Virus record (IMG/VR): IMGVR_UViG_3300027833_000013
Location: 105,460 to 169,459 of that record
Reading direction: 5' to 3' (one strand)
Origin: a virus
DNA: 64,000 bases
Notes under the pieces: model-generated
What the model saw: the letters and a program-made list of their open reading frames with translations, nothing else
What the model was told of the DNA's origin: nothing
Databases searched by the model: none
Position numbers and translations under genes: made by a program
Shown here: positions 21,249 to 31,277 of the stretch, piece by piece
Layout of the letters: the number at the start of each line of letters is the position of its first letter
How positions within the stretch are numbered: the stretch's first letter is position 1

Positions 21249-22200
21249 ACTACTAGATAGATTTGAACTTCTGTATCCTACTAACAGTAAGTTAGCTGAT
21301 TTGCGCCGGGCATATATTGACAAAGACCTAAGCAGTATTTTTAGATTACTAAATGCTGACGAAGAGTTGCGTAAAGCAATTATGGAAAAAAACTTACACA
21401 GTATTTTTAGAATTGTAGATACTTTTGATACTGAAGAACTTCGTAAAGCAGTGGTTGAAGATAATTTGCATAGTATTTTTAGATTAGTTGAAGATGAAGA
21501 TTTACGCAAGTTAATTATGGAAGATAACACTTGGAAGTTGTGGCCGGTACTACACAACTATACTGACACACAATTTGTTGAAGCATTTAAAAACTTCTTT
21601 GTTAACGAAACAGAGATATGGGACGATTGTTTTAGTCGCGGTCAAATAGAAAGTAAACTATGGTTAATAAAAGAACTTAAAAAGTGCAATATAGATCTTG
21701 GTATAGTATTTCTATGTGGCGGCTGGTACGCTACATTAGCTACTATGTTGTTTGAAAGTACAATTAACGTAGATAAGATACGTAGTTTTGATATTGATCC
21801 TAGTTGCCGAAGTATTGCTGAAACATTTAATAAACCGTGGGTTAAGGATAACTGGCAATTCAAATCATCTACAAAAGATATCATGGATATTAATTATGAG
21901 TTTGAAAGTTACGAAGTAATTAGAGCTGACGGAACAACGTGTCCTTTAGATGATACGCCAGACACAATTATCAATACAAGTTGTGAACATATTGAAAACT
22001 TTTCAAAATGGTATGATCTAATACCAGACGGTAAACTAGTTATACTACAAAGCAATAACTTTTTTGAAGTAGAGGAACATGTTAATTGTGTTGGAAGTAT
22101 AGAAGAGTTTGCGGTAAAGGCACCTATGGATAATATTTTATACAGCGGCGAATTAGAGTTGCCCAAATACAAAAGGTTTATGTTAATTGGATATAAGTGA
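21232..22200 (+). CDS. Class I SAM-dependent methyltransferase with N-terminal helical repeats
   Basis: VFLCGGWYA (motif I-like), SFDIDP, IINTSCEH; N-terminal ~21-24-aa repeats. Confidence 0.7.
   Translation: MMQTFELLDRFELLYPTNSKLADLRRAYIDKDLSSIFRLLNADEELRKAIMEKNLHSIFRIVDTFDTEELRKAVVEDNLHSIFRLVEDEDLRKLIMEDNTWKLWPVLHNYTDTQFVEAFKNFFVNETEIWDDCFSRGQIESKLWLIKELKKCNIDLGIVFLCGGWYATLATMLFESTINVDKIRSFDIDPSCRSIAETFNKPWVKDNWQFKSSTKDIMDINYEFESYEVIRADGTTCPLDDTPDTIINTSCEHIENFSKWYDLIPDGKLVILQSNNFFEVEEHVNCVGSIEEFAVKAPMDNILYSGELELPKYKRFMLIGYK
21301..21543 (+). repeat. About 3.5 imperfect in-frame repeats (EE-LRKA..E.NLHSIFRL/IV)
   Basis: LRRAYIDKDLSSIFRLL / LRKAIMEKNLHSIFRIV / LRKAVVEDNLHSIFRLV / LRKLIMEDN; the DNA string agtatttttaga recurs three times. 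Confidence 0.85.
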
Positions 22201-22423
22201 TCTTACACTCAGACAGCTTCAGACTGAAAGTGCTAGGGCACTAAGTACTATGCAAGCCACTAATAACAATATACATCAATTTAATAAACAAGCACATCAT
22301 AATAGTCAAAATTGGTATAGTGCTGTTATTAATTGGTACATTGAACAGTACGGAGATTTGCCAAGTAAAGTCGGTCCTGGTAAAGACGTTAAACTAATGA
22401 TGGAGGAACTTAATGATATTTGA
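22187..22423 (+). CDS. Small hypothetical protein (78 aa)
   Basis: Fills the gap between two coupled genes and overlaps both. Confidence 0.6.
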   Translation: MDISDLTLRQLQTESARALSTMQATNNNIHQFNKQAHHNSQNWYSAVINWYIEQYGDLPSKVGPGKDVKLMMEELNDI

Positions 22424-23063
22424 AAATTCACAAGATACTTGGTCTATAGATCTATGGCCTGACATTACTGACATAGGCCTAAAAATTTCAGGTGGTGCCG
22501 ACAGTGCCATTGTAGCATACATGTTAGCATTATATGTCACAAAAGAACGCCCTGAAATTACCATACATCCTGTAACAATAATTGCTGACACTAAACCCTA
22601 TCAATATATCTATGCATGTGCAGTATTACGTAAAATTGAAGAGCTAACAGGAATTGTATTTGCTAAACATCAATATACTACTACTGATGCTAAAAATAAT
22701 TATGTTGGTGGACAAGAAGCATTTATGGATTCTTTATATAAACGAGAATTATTCTCATTTCATTATGCAGGAATTACTGCTAATCCAAGTGAAGACGATG
22801 CTCCGCAGTTGTATACCGATGATACCGATCTGCCAACTGATGACAGATCAAAACAACTTGTAAAAAAAGATAATTGGCAGTTACCTCTTGTTAATGTTGA
22901 TAAGCGCGGAGTCGCAGAACATTACAATAGACTAGGTGTAATGGAAGAATTATTTCCACTTACTCGTAGTTGCGAACAAAATGATGTATATACGTTTGAA
23001 AAACACTGTGAAGTATGTTGGTTTTGTAAAGAACGCTATTATGGATTTAATAGATATGTATAA
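22413..23063 (+). CDS. QueC-like PP-loop ATPase (adenylating enzyme)
   Basis: KISGGADS PP-loop; PLVNVDK; TRSC...HCEVCWFCKER zinc site as in the QueC family. Confidence 0.7.
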   Translation: MIFENSQDTWSIDLWPDITDIGLKISGGADSAIVAYMLALYVTKERPEITIHPVTIIADTKPYQYIYACAVLRKIEELTGIVFAKHQYTTTDAKNNYVGGQEAFMDSLYKRELFSFHYAGITANPSEDDAPQLYTDDTDLPTDDRSKQLVKKDNWQLPLVNVDKRGVAEHYNRLGVMEELFPLTRSCEQNDVYTFEKHCEVCWFCKERYYGFNRYV

Positions 23064-24120
23064 CTATGCTGATATAAAAAGCATACACCTTGAAGTAACA
23101 CAAAACTGTCAAGCCAACTGTCCTATGTGTGATCGCAATATGAACGGCAAAGGCATTAATCCACACATTAATTTAGATGAACTTAGTTTAGAAGATTGTT
23201 ACAAGATATTTAAACCAGAGTTTGTAGCACAGTTAGACACAATGTACATGTGCGGCAACTTAGGCGATCCAGTAGTTGCTCGTGATACTTTGGAAATATT
23301 CAGTTATTTTAGAGAGCATAATCCTACAATGTGGCTTAGTATGAATACTAATGGAGGAGCAAGAGAACCTCAATGGTGGCATGCACTTGCATTGATATTT
23401 GGCAAACATGGCTCTATTATTTTTAGTGTTGACGGTCTTAGTGATACTAATCATTTGTATAGGCAAGGTGTAGTATGGCGCAATGTAGAACGTAGTATGA
23501 AAGCGTTTATTAATGGCGGAGGCAGAGCCCGTTGGGACTTCTTAATATTTGAACACAATCAACATCAAGTAGAAGAAGCAGAAGCACTTGCAATGTCCTG
23601 GGGTTGCGAAAAGTTTATGAAAAAGAAAACAGGACGCTTTATTACACAAGATTCAAAGAAGAAAGAATCTCATCAGGCGCTTGACAAAAAAGGCAACACT
23701 ACAACGGAAATTAAGAAACCAGATGCAAAGTATGTTAACAAAGCACTTAGTAAGCAAGAAGTAATTATCAACAAGTACGGCTCTATGGATGCATACTATG
23801 ATGCGGCACCTATCATTTGTAAAGTAAAGAAAGATAATAGCTTATTCATAACAGCAGAGGGCCTAGCGATGCCATGTTGTTGGACTGCTGGACGTATGTA
23901 TAAATGGTGGCACAAGGATCCTAAAGTAGAACAGATATGGGACTTTATTGATAAAGATGCACTAGATGCACGTAATGGTTTAGAGCAAGTATTTGCTACA
24001 GGTGCATTTGATAGAATACAAGACAGTTGGAATAAACAAAGTATAGCAGACGGTAAACTTAAAGTATGTTCTATGAAGTGCGGTGCTGAGTTTGATCCAT
24101 TTGCGGAGCAGTTTAAATGA
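23056..24120 (+). CDS. Radical SAM protein with C-terminal Cys-rich domain (subfamily C)
   Basis: HLEVTQNCQANCPMC, MCGNLGDP, TNGG, FSVDG; C-terminal PCCW...CSMKC. ATG 23056 preferred. Confidence 0.9.
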   Translation: MYNYADIKSIHLEVTQNCQANCPMCDRNMNGKGINPHINLDELSLEDCYKIFKPEFVAQLDTMYMCGNLGDPVVARDTLEIFSYFREHNPTMWLSMNTNGGAREPQWWHALALIFGKHGSIIFSVDGLSDTNHLYRQGVVWRNVERSMKAFINGGGRARWDFLIFEHNQHQVEEAEALAMSWGCEKFMKKKTGRFITQDSKKKESHQALDKKGNTTTEIKKPDAKYVNKALSKQEVIINKYGSMDAYYDAAPIICKVKKDNSLFITAEGLAMPCCWTAGRMYKWWHKDPKVEQIWDFIDKDALDARNGLEQVFATGAFDRIQDSWNKQSIADGKLKVCSMKCGAEFDPFAEQFK

Positions 24121-24857
24121 AGAAATTATTTATAGTAGGATGCAGTTATACTCATTGGTCTGACGGCGATTGTTTTGGCGAAAGCTATCCTGCACTTATT
24201 GCAAAGGAATATCCTAACTGGCACGTTTATGATGCCGGCGAGCCGGGTGGTGCAAACGATAGTGTGTATTTAAGGCTACAATATTTAACAGAACAATACG
24301 GAACTCCTGACAAAGTTATTGTACAATGGACCCATCTAGGCAGAACAAATGTGTTTTTGCAAGAATTGACGCACATGCCTAGAGTAACAGAGTACATAAC
24401 AGAAGGAAACTATACTTTCCACACTGAACAAGAACATCCATCGAGCAGTTTTGCAATAACTCCCTCAACAGTTGATCCTGTAAACCGCAGTGGGTTTCAT
24501 AAACTACAACTACAAAAATTATCTAGATCTTCCAAGTTAAGAATGCAAACGTTAGAACAATTTTATGCCTGGTTTTTAAACAGTCAAACACTTTATTGGC
24601 ATACACAAAAAGAAATAGATTTAGTTAATGCAGTGTATGGAAAAGACAACGTTCTAATGTACGACTGGCAGAATCGATATTCTCCAGGAACTCTTTTAAC
24701 GATGCCTAATAACTGGATTGGTAGCCTTGCTTATGCATTTAGAAAGAAAAATAAGTTTATGAGTTTAGGAATAGATGATGCCCCTCATTATGCCGCCGAA
24801 GGACATTTAGAAGTATACAAATGGCTTGAGCCACACCTGAATAAACTGCTAACTTAA
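24117..24857 (+). CDS. SGNH-family protein
   Basis: IVGCSYT, AGEPGGAND, VQWT, DDAPHY. Confidence 0.65.
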   Translation: MKKLFIVGCSYTHWSDGDCFGESYPALIAKEYPNWHVYDAGEPGGANDSVYLRLQYLTEQYGTPDKVIVQWTHLGRTNVFLQELTHMPRVTEYITEGNYTFHTEQEHPSSSFAITPSTVDPVNRSGFHKLQLQKLSRSSKLRMQTLEQFYAWFLNSQTLYWHTQKEIDLVNAVYGKDNVLMYDWQNRYSPGTLLTMPNNWIGSLAYAFRKKNKFMSLGIDDAPHYAAEGHLEVYKWLEPHLNKLLT

Positions 24858-24874
24858 TTAGGATAAGTATTAAT

Positions 24875-26290
24875 ATGACAAATAACACTAAGTTACCATC
24901 AGAAACATTTTGCTTATTACCATGGGTACACCTTAGTACAAGGCCCGACGGCAGTATGCGAGTATGCTGTACTGCAAATGCTAGTAGTGTTGGAGCTACT
25001 AATGACAAAGAACACGGCGGACAAGTGGGCATCCTTAAAACAGATGATGGCAAGCCTAATAACTTAAATGTTAGTGATTTTGAAACCGCATGGAATAGTA
25101 AGTACATGAAAAATGTGCGTAAGCAAATGCTTGCAGGCGAAAAGCCGCCTAGCTGTTTAAAATGTTACAAAGAAGAAGCCGCTGGGCATCGTAGTAAGCG
25201 ACAATGGGAAACACACTATTGGAGCCAACGAGTTGATTTAGATAAAATCCTTGCTGACACACAACCAGATGGAGAAGTTCCTCCTAACTTAGCATACATT
25301 GATTTACGTTTTGGTACTAAGTGTCAGCTTGCTTGTGTTATGTGTAGTCCGCACGATAGCAGTGGTTGGATTAAAGATTATAAAAAGATCTTTCCTGAAG
25401 TAAAAAATGAATCACTTAAAGAGATCATGCAATGGCAAGATAAAGGTAGTACTAACGGCAGTAGCTACAACTGGCACAAACAAAACCCTACGTTTTGGAA
25501 ACAGTTTTATGAGCAAATGCCAAGTATGCAACAGATTTATTTTGCAGGCGGCGAAAGTCTTATCATTGAAGAACACTATGAAATACTTGAACATGCTATT
25601 AAGATGGGATATGCAAAAGACTTAGAACTACGTTATAACTCAAACGGAGTTGAATGGCGTGATGATTTGTTTGACCTATGGAAAGAATTTAAACTAGTAC
25701 GTTTCCACTATAGTATTGACAGTATAAAAGAGATGAACGATTACATTCGTTATCCTAGTACTTGGACACGCCAAGAAGAAGTATTCCATTTGTTAGATAC
25801 ACAAACTAGTAACAATGTTGAAATTACTATTGCGTGTGCAGTGCAAGCCCTTAACGTATATTACTTACCAGACTTTATTCAATGGAAGCTAGAACAAAAG
25901 TTTAAGAAAGTTAACATGTGGCCATTCGGCGCTGGCGGTATTAGTCAGCACTTTGTATATTGGCCAGCTCACCTAAATGTTAAGAGTTTGCCTGCAGACT
26001 TTAAAGCTAAATGTAGAGCAAAGTACGAAGCATGGTACCCTTGGTGGGAAGCAAACTGGGAGTTAGGCATTCCGGAATGGCACAAGGGTAAAGTAGATTA
26101 TGAGCAATGGCGTACTGCTGAGTATGGCATTAAACGACTTAACGGTATTCTTAGCTTCATGGAAAGCGAAGACTGGAGCCAACGCTTACCTGAGATGAAA
26201 GAGTTTTTAGGATTATGTGACAAGCAACGTGGAAACACTTTTGAAGAAACGTTTCCAGAAATGATTGAAATCTTTAAGGATATATTATGA
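24875..26290 (+). CDS. Radical SAM protein with N-terminal twitch domain (subfamily B)
   Basis: FCLLPWVH...VCC...SCLKC; CQLACVMC; AGGES. Confidence 0.9.
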   Translation: MTNNTKLPSETFCLLPWVHLSTRPDGSMRVCCTANASSVGATNDKEHGGQVGILKTDDGKPNNLNVSDFETAWNSKYMKNVRKQMLAGEKPPSCLKCYKEEAAGHRSKRQWETHYWSQRVDLDKILADTQPDGEVPPNLAYIDLRFGTKCQLACVMCSPHDSSGWIKDYKKIFPEVKNESLKEIMQWQDKGSTNGSSYNWHKQNPTFWKQFYEQMPSMQQIYFAGGESLIIEEHYEILEHAIKMGYAKDLELRYNSNGVEWRDDLFDLWKEFKLVRFHYSIDSIKEMNDYIRYPSTWTRQEEVFHLLDTQTSNNVEITIACAVQALNVYYLPDFIQWKLEQKFKKVNMWPFGAGGISQHFVYWPAHLNVKSLPADFKAKCRAKYEAWYPWWEANWELGIPEWHKGKVDYEQWRTAEYGIKRLNGILSFMESEDWSQRLPEMKEFLGLCDKQRGNTFEETFPEMIEIFKDIL

Positions 26291-27648
26291 GTTGTACATT
26301 TTGTCCATTACCGTGGAATAGTATTAACCTACGTAATAATGGCGACTTACGTATATGTTGTAATACCAACAGCTATACTAAAAATAGAGGAATTCTGCGT
26401 AAAGAAGACGGCACTACTCCTTATAATGCTGGCAAAGATGATTGGCAAGAAGCCCGTAATGCTGAACTACTAAAAGAAGTGCGTGTTAGTATGATGAAGG
26501 GTGAATGGCATCCCGAGTGCGAACGTTGCCGGCAGGAAGAAGTAAATGGCATGCGTAGTCGACGTGAATACGAAAATGAAGATTGGGGCAAATGGTTTGG
26601 TGATATGAGTCTTGAAAAAGTCTTGCCTATTACTGAAGAAGATGGCACACTTGATACAAGTAAGCAAGACATTGAGTTTATGGACATACGTTATGGTAAC
26701 TTCTGTAATTTAAAATGTCGCATGTGTGGTCCTACTGACAGTCATATGTGGTATGCAGATCATGTTAAATTAAATGATGGAAAAACAGGCTTCAAAGATA
26801 GTGGCGGCAGAGTAGTATTAGAAAAAAATAAAAAAGGTAAATGGGATACCGACCATTTTAACTGGTTTCAAAATAATGATCTTTACTGGGACAACTTTGA
26901 AAAGTATGGCCCTGACGCAAAAAAACTTTATATTGTAGGTGGTGAACCTTTAATTATTCCTGAACATCAGGAAAGTCTTGAACGATTAGTTGCTAGTGGA
27001 AAATCTAAAAAAATACAATTAGAATATAACTCAAACTTAACTATGGTGCCGGATAGACTAGTATATCTTTGGGAACAGTTTAAACAAATACGTATTGGAG
27101 TTAGTATAGATGGTATAGACGATGTATTTAACTACCAACGTACTCCTGCAAAATTTGATGCAGTATATAAGAATATGATGACGTTGCAAAATAACGAACG
27201 TATTAATCTTAAAGCATGGTTTGCTTATACTGTTACACCTATGAATGTATTTCATACAGCAGACTTTATGAAATGGAAATTAACTGAAAGTGGATTAGAT
27301 AAGTTTAATCCAGTTGATGGCGCTAAACCTGTAATTACACATCATATGTGTCACAGTCCAAAGCATTATAATATTAAAGTTCTACCGCAATACCTAAAAG
27401 ATCAAGTAGCACAGCATTACCAAGAACATAAAGACTGGGTTATGACTACAGACTTTAGTGATAAAGTTAAAAATAATTTTGTTAAAGTATTAACAGGTAT
27501 TGAAAAGTTTATGATGAGTGAAGATTATTCAAAAGAGCATTTAGAGCCTTTTATATACACTACAAAAAAACTAGACGAATTAAGGAAACAAAATATATTA
27601 GATATTGTCCCGCAATACAAGGAATTGTTTAATGCACATAACAAGTGA
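26287..27648 (+). CDS. Radical SAM protein with N-terminal twitch domain (subfamily B)
   Basis: FCPLPW...ICC...ECERC; CNLKCRMC; VGGEP. Confidence 0.9.
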   Translation: MSCTFCPLPWNSINLRNNGDLRICCNTNSYTKNRGILRKEDGTTPYNAGKDDWQEARNAELLKEVRVSMMKGEWHPECERCRQEEVNGMRSRREYENEDWGKWFGDMSLEKVLPITEEDGTLDTSKQDIEFMDIRYGNFCNLKCRMCGPTDSHMWYADHVKLNDGKTGFKDSGGRVVLEKNKKGKWDTDHFNWFQNNDLYWDNFEKYGPDAKKLYIVGGEPLIIPEHQESLERLVASGKSKKIQLEYNSNLTMVPDRLVYLWEQFKQIRIGVSIDGIDDVFNYQRTPAKFDAVYKNMMTLQNNERINLKAWFAYTVTPMNVFHTADFMKWKLTESGLDKFNPVDGAKPVITHHMCHSPKHYNIKVLPQYLKDQVAQHYQEHKDWVMTTDFSDKVKNNFVKVLTGIEKFMMSEDYSKEHLEPFIYTTKKLDELRKQNILDIVPQYKELFNAHNK

Positions 27649-28525
27649 AAATTTAGATTGTTGCATTGTAACACTGTTTATTCATAATGTGTGTAATTTT
27701 AACTGTAGCTATTGTAGTGACTTTCATAGAGACGGATCGCATCGTTGGCCGGATGATTGGACAAAATATTTAGAGTTTATAAACGAATTAAAGAAAAGAA
27801 ACAAATACTTGTATGTAGAAGTATTAGGAGGCGAGCCTACTGTATGGCCTAAGTTTCAAGAGTTTGTTGATGCAATTAGTGACGAAAATGTATTTGTAGA
27901 ATATGCTACTAATGCTAGTCGAACACTTCGATATTGGGAAAAGTTTAGAGAACAAAATACATTTGTATTTTTAAGCTGGCATAATGAAGAAGCAGATGAT
28001 GATCATTTTGTTAAAGTAGCTGAAATAATGCAACACAAAGCAAGTGTTAGTGTTCCTTTGATGATAGTACCTGACACATTTGAACGTGCTAAGGTGTTGT
28101 ACAACCGCCTAACAAAACTTAATGTAGAAATTACACCTAAGTTTGTGCGTACGAGTATTCACGGACATAGTTACTTTGAATATACAGATGAACAAAGAGA
28201 ATGGATTCAAAATACTAGTCATAATAAAATGAAACCGTTTGGCATTAAATGGAAGTTCCCGCAGACGTTACGATTTGATGGTAAAGAAATGAAATTTATG
28301 AAAGTGCTAGATCAGGGCTTGCATAAGTTTGAAGGGTATACTTGTACAGCTGGATTAAAAAGATTAATGGTTGAGCCTGACGGCAATATACTACGTTGTA
28401 CAAAACGAGTAGGCGGTAGTATTGGTAACATAAACACAGGATACACGTTACCTGATGATCCTATTGTATGTAACTACAAAGCATGTCCTTGTAAATTAGA
28501 TGCAGTGGTAGAAAAATGGATATAG
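27632..28525 (+). CDS. Radical SAM protein with C-terminal SPASM/twitch domain (subfamily D)
   Basis: CNFNCSYC, GGEPT, SWHNE; FEGYTCTAG...C...CNYKACPC. ATG 27632 preferred. Confidence 0.9.
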   Translation: MHITSENLDCCIVTLFIHNVCNFNCSYCSDFHRDGSHRWPDDWTKYLEFINELKKRNKYLYVEVLGGEPTVWPKFQEFVDAISDENVFVEYATNASRTLRYWEKFREQNTFVFLSWHNEEADDDHFVKVAEIMQHKASVSVPLMIVPDTFERAKVLYNRLTKLNVEITPKFVRTSIHGHSYFEYTDEQREWIQNTSHNKMKPFGIKWKFPQTLRFDGKEMKFMKVLDQGLHKFEGYTCTAGLKRLMVEPDGNILRCTKRVGGSIGNINTGYTLPDDPIVCNYKACPCKLDAVVEKWI

Positions 28526-29214
28526 ATCCTTTTCTTACAGTGGCTACAAAAGAGTTTTGTAATAACACCTTTCCGTTTCAAGATGCTAGAGAAGAAGAAC
28601 TCTTTCACAAAAATCGAAAGCGTTTAAAGAAATATAAAGAAGGATTTTATTTTAAAAATCCTATAGAGTACAACATTAATAAATTTGGCTATAGATGCGA
28701 TCATATTATTCCGCCTGCTACTGATTATATGTTAGTAATGGGGGGTAGTCATACTTATGGACATTCGTTACATAAAGAAAATAGATATAGTGATCTATTA
28801 GAAGAACACTATAATATACCAGTACTTAATATTGGTGTTTCAGGTGGATCTCCTAATCTTATCAAAGATAATATACTTCAATTATTAACTAGCGGACATC
28901 AATTACCGAAACTTATATCAATTCAGTGGCCACCAAGTGCCCGAATTTGTTTTGGGCATTCCTTAATAAATTATAATTCAAGTATTTTTCAAAAAATAAT
29001 TGACCTAGATAGTTTAGAAATATATAGTAACACCGCACAACAACAAACATATTGGCTACTTTCAAATTTTAATATACCATTTGTTGAATTTCAAGTATTT
29101 GGCAGTACGACAACCTTTGTTACTGATTACGCTAGAGACTTAGAACATCCAGGAACAGAGTCAAACAAAAAAATATTTGAATATCATAGAGAAGAAATAG
29201 ACAAATGGATTTAA
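28516..29214 (+). CDS. SGNH-family protein
   Basis: VMGGSHTYG, NIGVSGGS, IQWP, RDLEHPG. Confidence 0.7.
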   Translation: MDIDPFLTVATKEFCNNTFPFQDAREEELFHKNRKRLKKYKEGFYFKNPIEYNINKFGYRCDHIIPPATDYMLVMGGSHTYGHSLHKENRYSDLLEEHYNIPVLNIGVSGGSPNLIKDNILQLLTSGHQLPKLISIQWPPSARICFGHSLINYNSSIFQKIIDLDSLEIYSNTAQQQTYWLLSNFNIPFVEFQVFGSTTTFVTDYARDLEHPGTESNKKIFEYHREEIDKWI

Positions 29215-29738
29215 ATATCAGCGAAGGTTGGATAAGTCTTCAAGAAATGGAATTTGTTAAAAATCAAATAACAGCAACAACTGGTAATATTTTAGAAGTT
29301 GGCGCGGCAAATGGAAGATTGTTTACTTATTTACATAGCTCTTGCCCAGACTGGAAATACATAGCAGTAGATCCGTGGGAGCAAGAAGATGTAAGACTAC
29401 AAGTTGATTGGGATAAAGGATATTTTGACCCTAACAACTTAAAAGAAGTTATTACTATAGATATGTTTAAATCAAATTGTCCGTATGCAGAAACGCATGA
29501 AATGTATTTTGACAAGTTTGAATCTATGCACAAATATGACATAATAAGTATGGGATTAGTAAGTAAAAGCATAGACTGGAACAGTGTTTATAAAAAAGCA
29601 TTTTTAATGTTAAAACCTAACGGAGTTATCATTGGAAGAAATTTAACGCATAAAAGATATGGCCCTATGATTAAAGAAGCAATACAAGGATACAAAATTC
29701 TTGATACCTGCAAGGGCTCGTTTGTAATAGGAAAATAG
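29205..29738 (+). CDS. Class I SAM-dependent methyltransferase (Methyltransf_24-like)
   Basis: ILEVGAANG motif I, AVDPW, LKPNGVIIG. Confidence 0.75.
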   Translation: MDLNISEGWISLQEMEFVKNQITATTGNILEVGAANGRLFTYLHSSCPDWKYIAVDPWEQEDVRLQVDWDKGYFDPNNLKEVITIDMFKSNCPYAETHEMYFDKFESMHKYDIISMGLVSKSIDWNSVYKKAFLMLKPNGVIIGRNLTHKRYGPMIKEAIQGYKILDTCKGSFVIGK

Positions 29739-29739
29739 T

Positions 29740-30666
29740 ATGGAATACACTGATATAACATTTGAAATGTTAGGCACACGTAGACAGCGTCCTATGTATC
29801 TTAGTAAGTTTACTAAGTTTAGACAAGAACTGTCTATGAAAGATTATCCTAAGGATCCGCATGCATATACAACATACTTCTTAGAAGAGATAGACAAATG
29901 GATTAATGCACATAAACGTGTAAAATATACAGGCTTAGAGACCTTTACACGCAGAGATGCTATACTTGGCACTACACATCAATTAGATGAATTACACCAG
30001 CTGTACGGTGCTAACATAGCTACATACAAAGGCGAATACAAGTATCATCGAAGACTAACAGACTTTACTGTTAAACAGATTACACATTATAAAGACCTAA
30101 AACCAGGCGATGTATTTATTGTAAGCTATCCAAGTTGCATTACTACAGGTTACCATGAGAACTTTGATTTGCTACTAGACTATTGTGACGAGCATAGTAT
30201 ACCAGTGCATATAGATGGTGCTTGGTTTGGACAATGCAGAAACTTTGATTTTGATGTTACACACCCGGCTGTAAAAAGTGTTAGTGTAAGTTTATCAAAA
30301 GCACTAGGCATGGGCAGTCAGCGTATAGGTATCAGATATACTAAAGAGAAAACCGTTGGCCCGATAAGTATTATGAATGACTTTGCATATGCAAATGTTA
30401 GTGATATGTGGGTAGGTGTAGAAGCAATGAAACATTTTGGTACAGACTACTGGTGGAGTAACTATAGTGACCTATATAGTAAAGTTTGTAAAGACTTTAA
30501 CCTGGGTGAAACAAATAGTATTCATGTAGGCTGGTTAGACGAAGGAGAACACGGAATTAATCAATTTGGTGTACGCACACCGTTGCGTTTTTTAATTGAA
30601 GGCAAGTTTGACGAGCGCGGCACTGATAAAGGTCTAAACAAGATTGAAAGAGAAGAGAGGGTATGA
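29740..30666 (+). CDS. PLP-dependent enzyme, fold type I (aminotransferase class I/II-like)
   Basis: YPSCITTG, HIDGAW, SLSKALG..QRIG (Schiff-base Lys). Confidence 0.75.
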   Translation: MEYTDITFEMLGTRRQRPMYLSKFTKFRQELSMKDYPKDPHAYTTYFLEEIDKWINAHKRVKYTGLETFTRRDAILGTTHQLDELHQLYGANIATYKGEYKYHRRLTDFTVKQITHYKDLKPGDVFIVSYPSCITTGYHENFDLLLDYCDEHSIPVHIDGAWFGQCRNFDFDVTHPAVKSVSVSLSKALGMGSQRIGIRYTKEKTVGPISIMNDFAYANVSDMWVGVEAMKHFGTDYWWSNYSDLYSKVCKDFNLGETNSIHVGWLDEGEHGINQFGVRTPLRFLIEGKFDERGTDKGLNKIEREERV

Positions 30667-31277
30667 TAAGCAACGAATCGCCCTTATTAGATGGATGGAT
30701 TTCTCAAGAAGAATGTGACCTAGTTTTAAAATATATGAAACTAGACACTGGGACTATTTTAGAAACAGGCTCTGCAATTGGAAGATTGTTTGATTACTTG
30801 TACCCAAAAAAACCTAATTGGAAATATGTAAGTGTTGACCCTCTTTCAATTAAGGAAGTACATAGACAGCTAGATTATAATAAAAGATATTGGGATGAAG
30901 GTAATCACGGAGAACGAATTACTCCGGAGCACTTACAAAATAATATTCCATTTGCTGAATACCACGATAAGACTTTTGAAAATTTTAAAACAAAGAAAAA
31001 ATTTGATATTATTAGTATGGGAATGAGCAACCCAGAGATAAATTGGCATGCTGTATACGCCAAAGCGGTAACTATGTTAACTCCAACAGGTGTCATCATA
31101 GGCCGACAGCTTTACAATGATACCATGCAAAATCCGTTAACTATTAGACAATCAATTAAACCGTATGTTCACTTAGAAGCACCTGTGTGCGGATCATTTG
31201 TAATAAATGGCACTAAATGGACTGACTTAAATAACGATGAATTTATATATCAGCGTCAAATTAGGATTTTAAAATAA
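30663..31277 (+). CDS. Class I methyltransferase (paralogue of 29205)
   Basis: GWIS, ILETGSAIGRLF, WKYVSVDP, DIISMG, LTPTGVIIGR. Confidence 0.75.
   Translation: MISNESPLLDGWISQEECDLVLKYMKLDTGTILETGSAIGRLFDYLYPKKPNWKYVSVDPLSIKEVHRQLDYNKRYWDEGNHGERITPEHLQNNIPFAEYHDKTFENFKTKKKFDIISMGMSNPEINWHAVYAKAVTMLTPTGVIIGRQLYNDTMQNPLTIRQSIKPYVHLEAPVCGSFVINGTKWTDLNNDEFIYQRQIRILK

Noticed and set aside
22413-23063. Calling the QueC-like genes true queC
   Set aside because: They are divergent, multi-copy and distant from the dpd locus; only the PP-loop and Zn motifs match, so no gene symbol was assigned.
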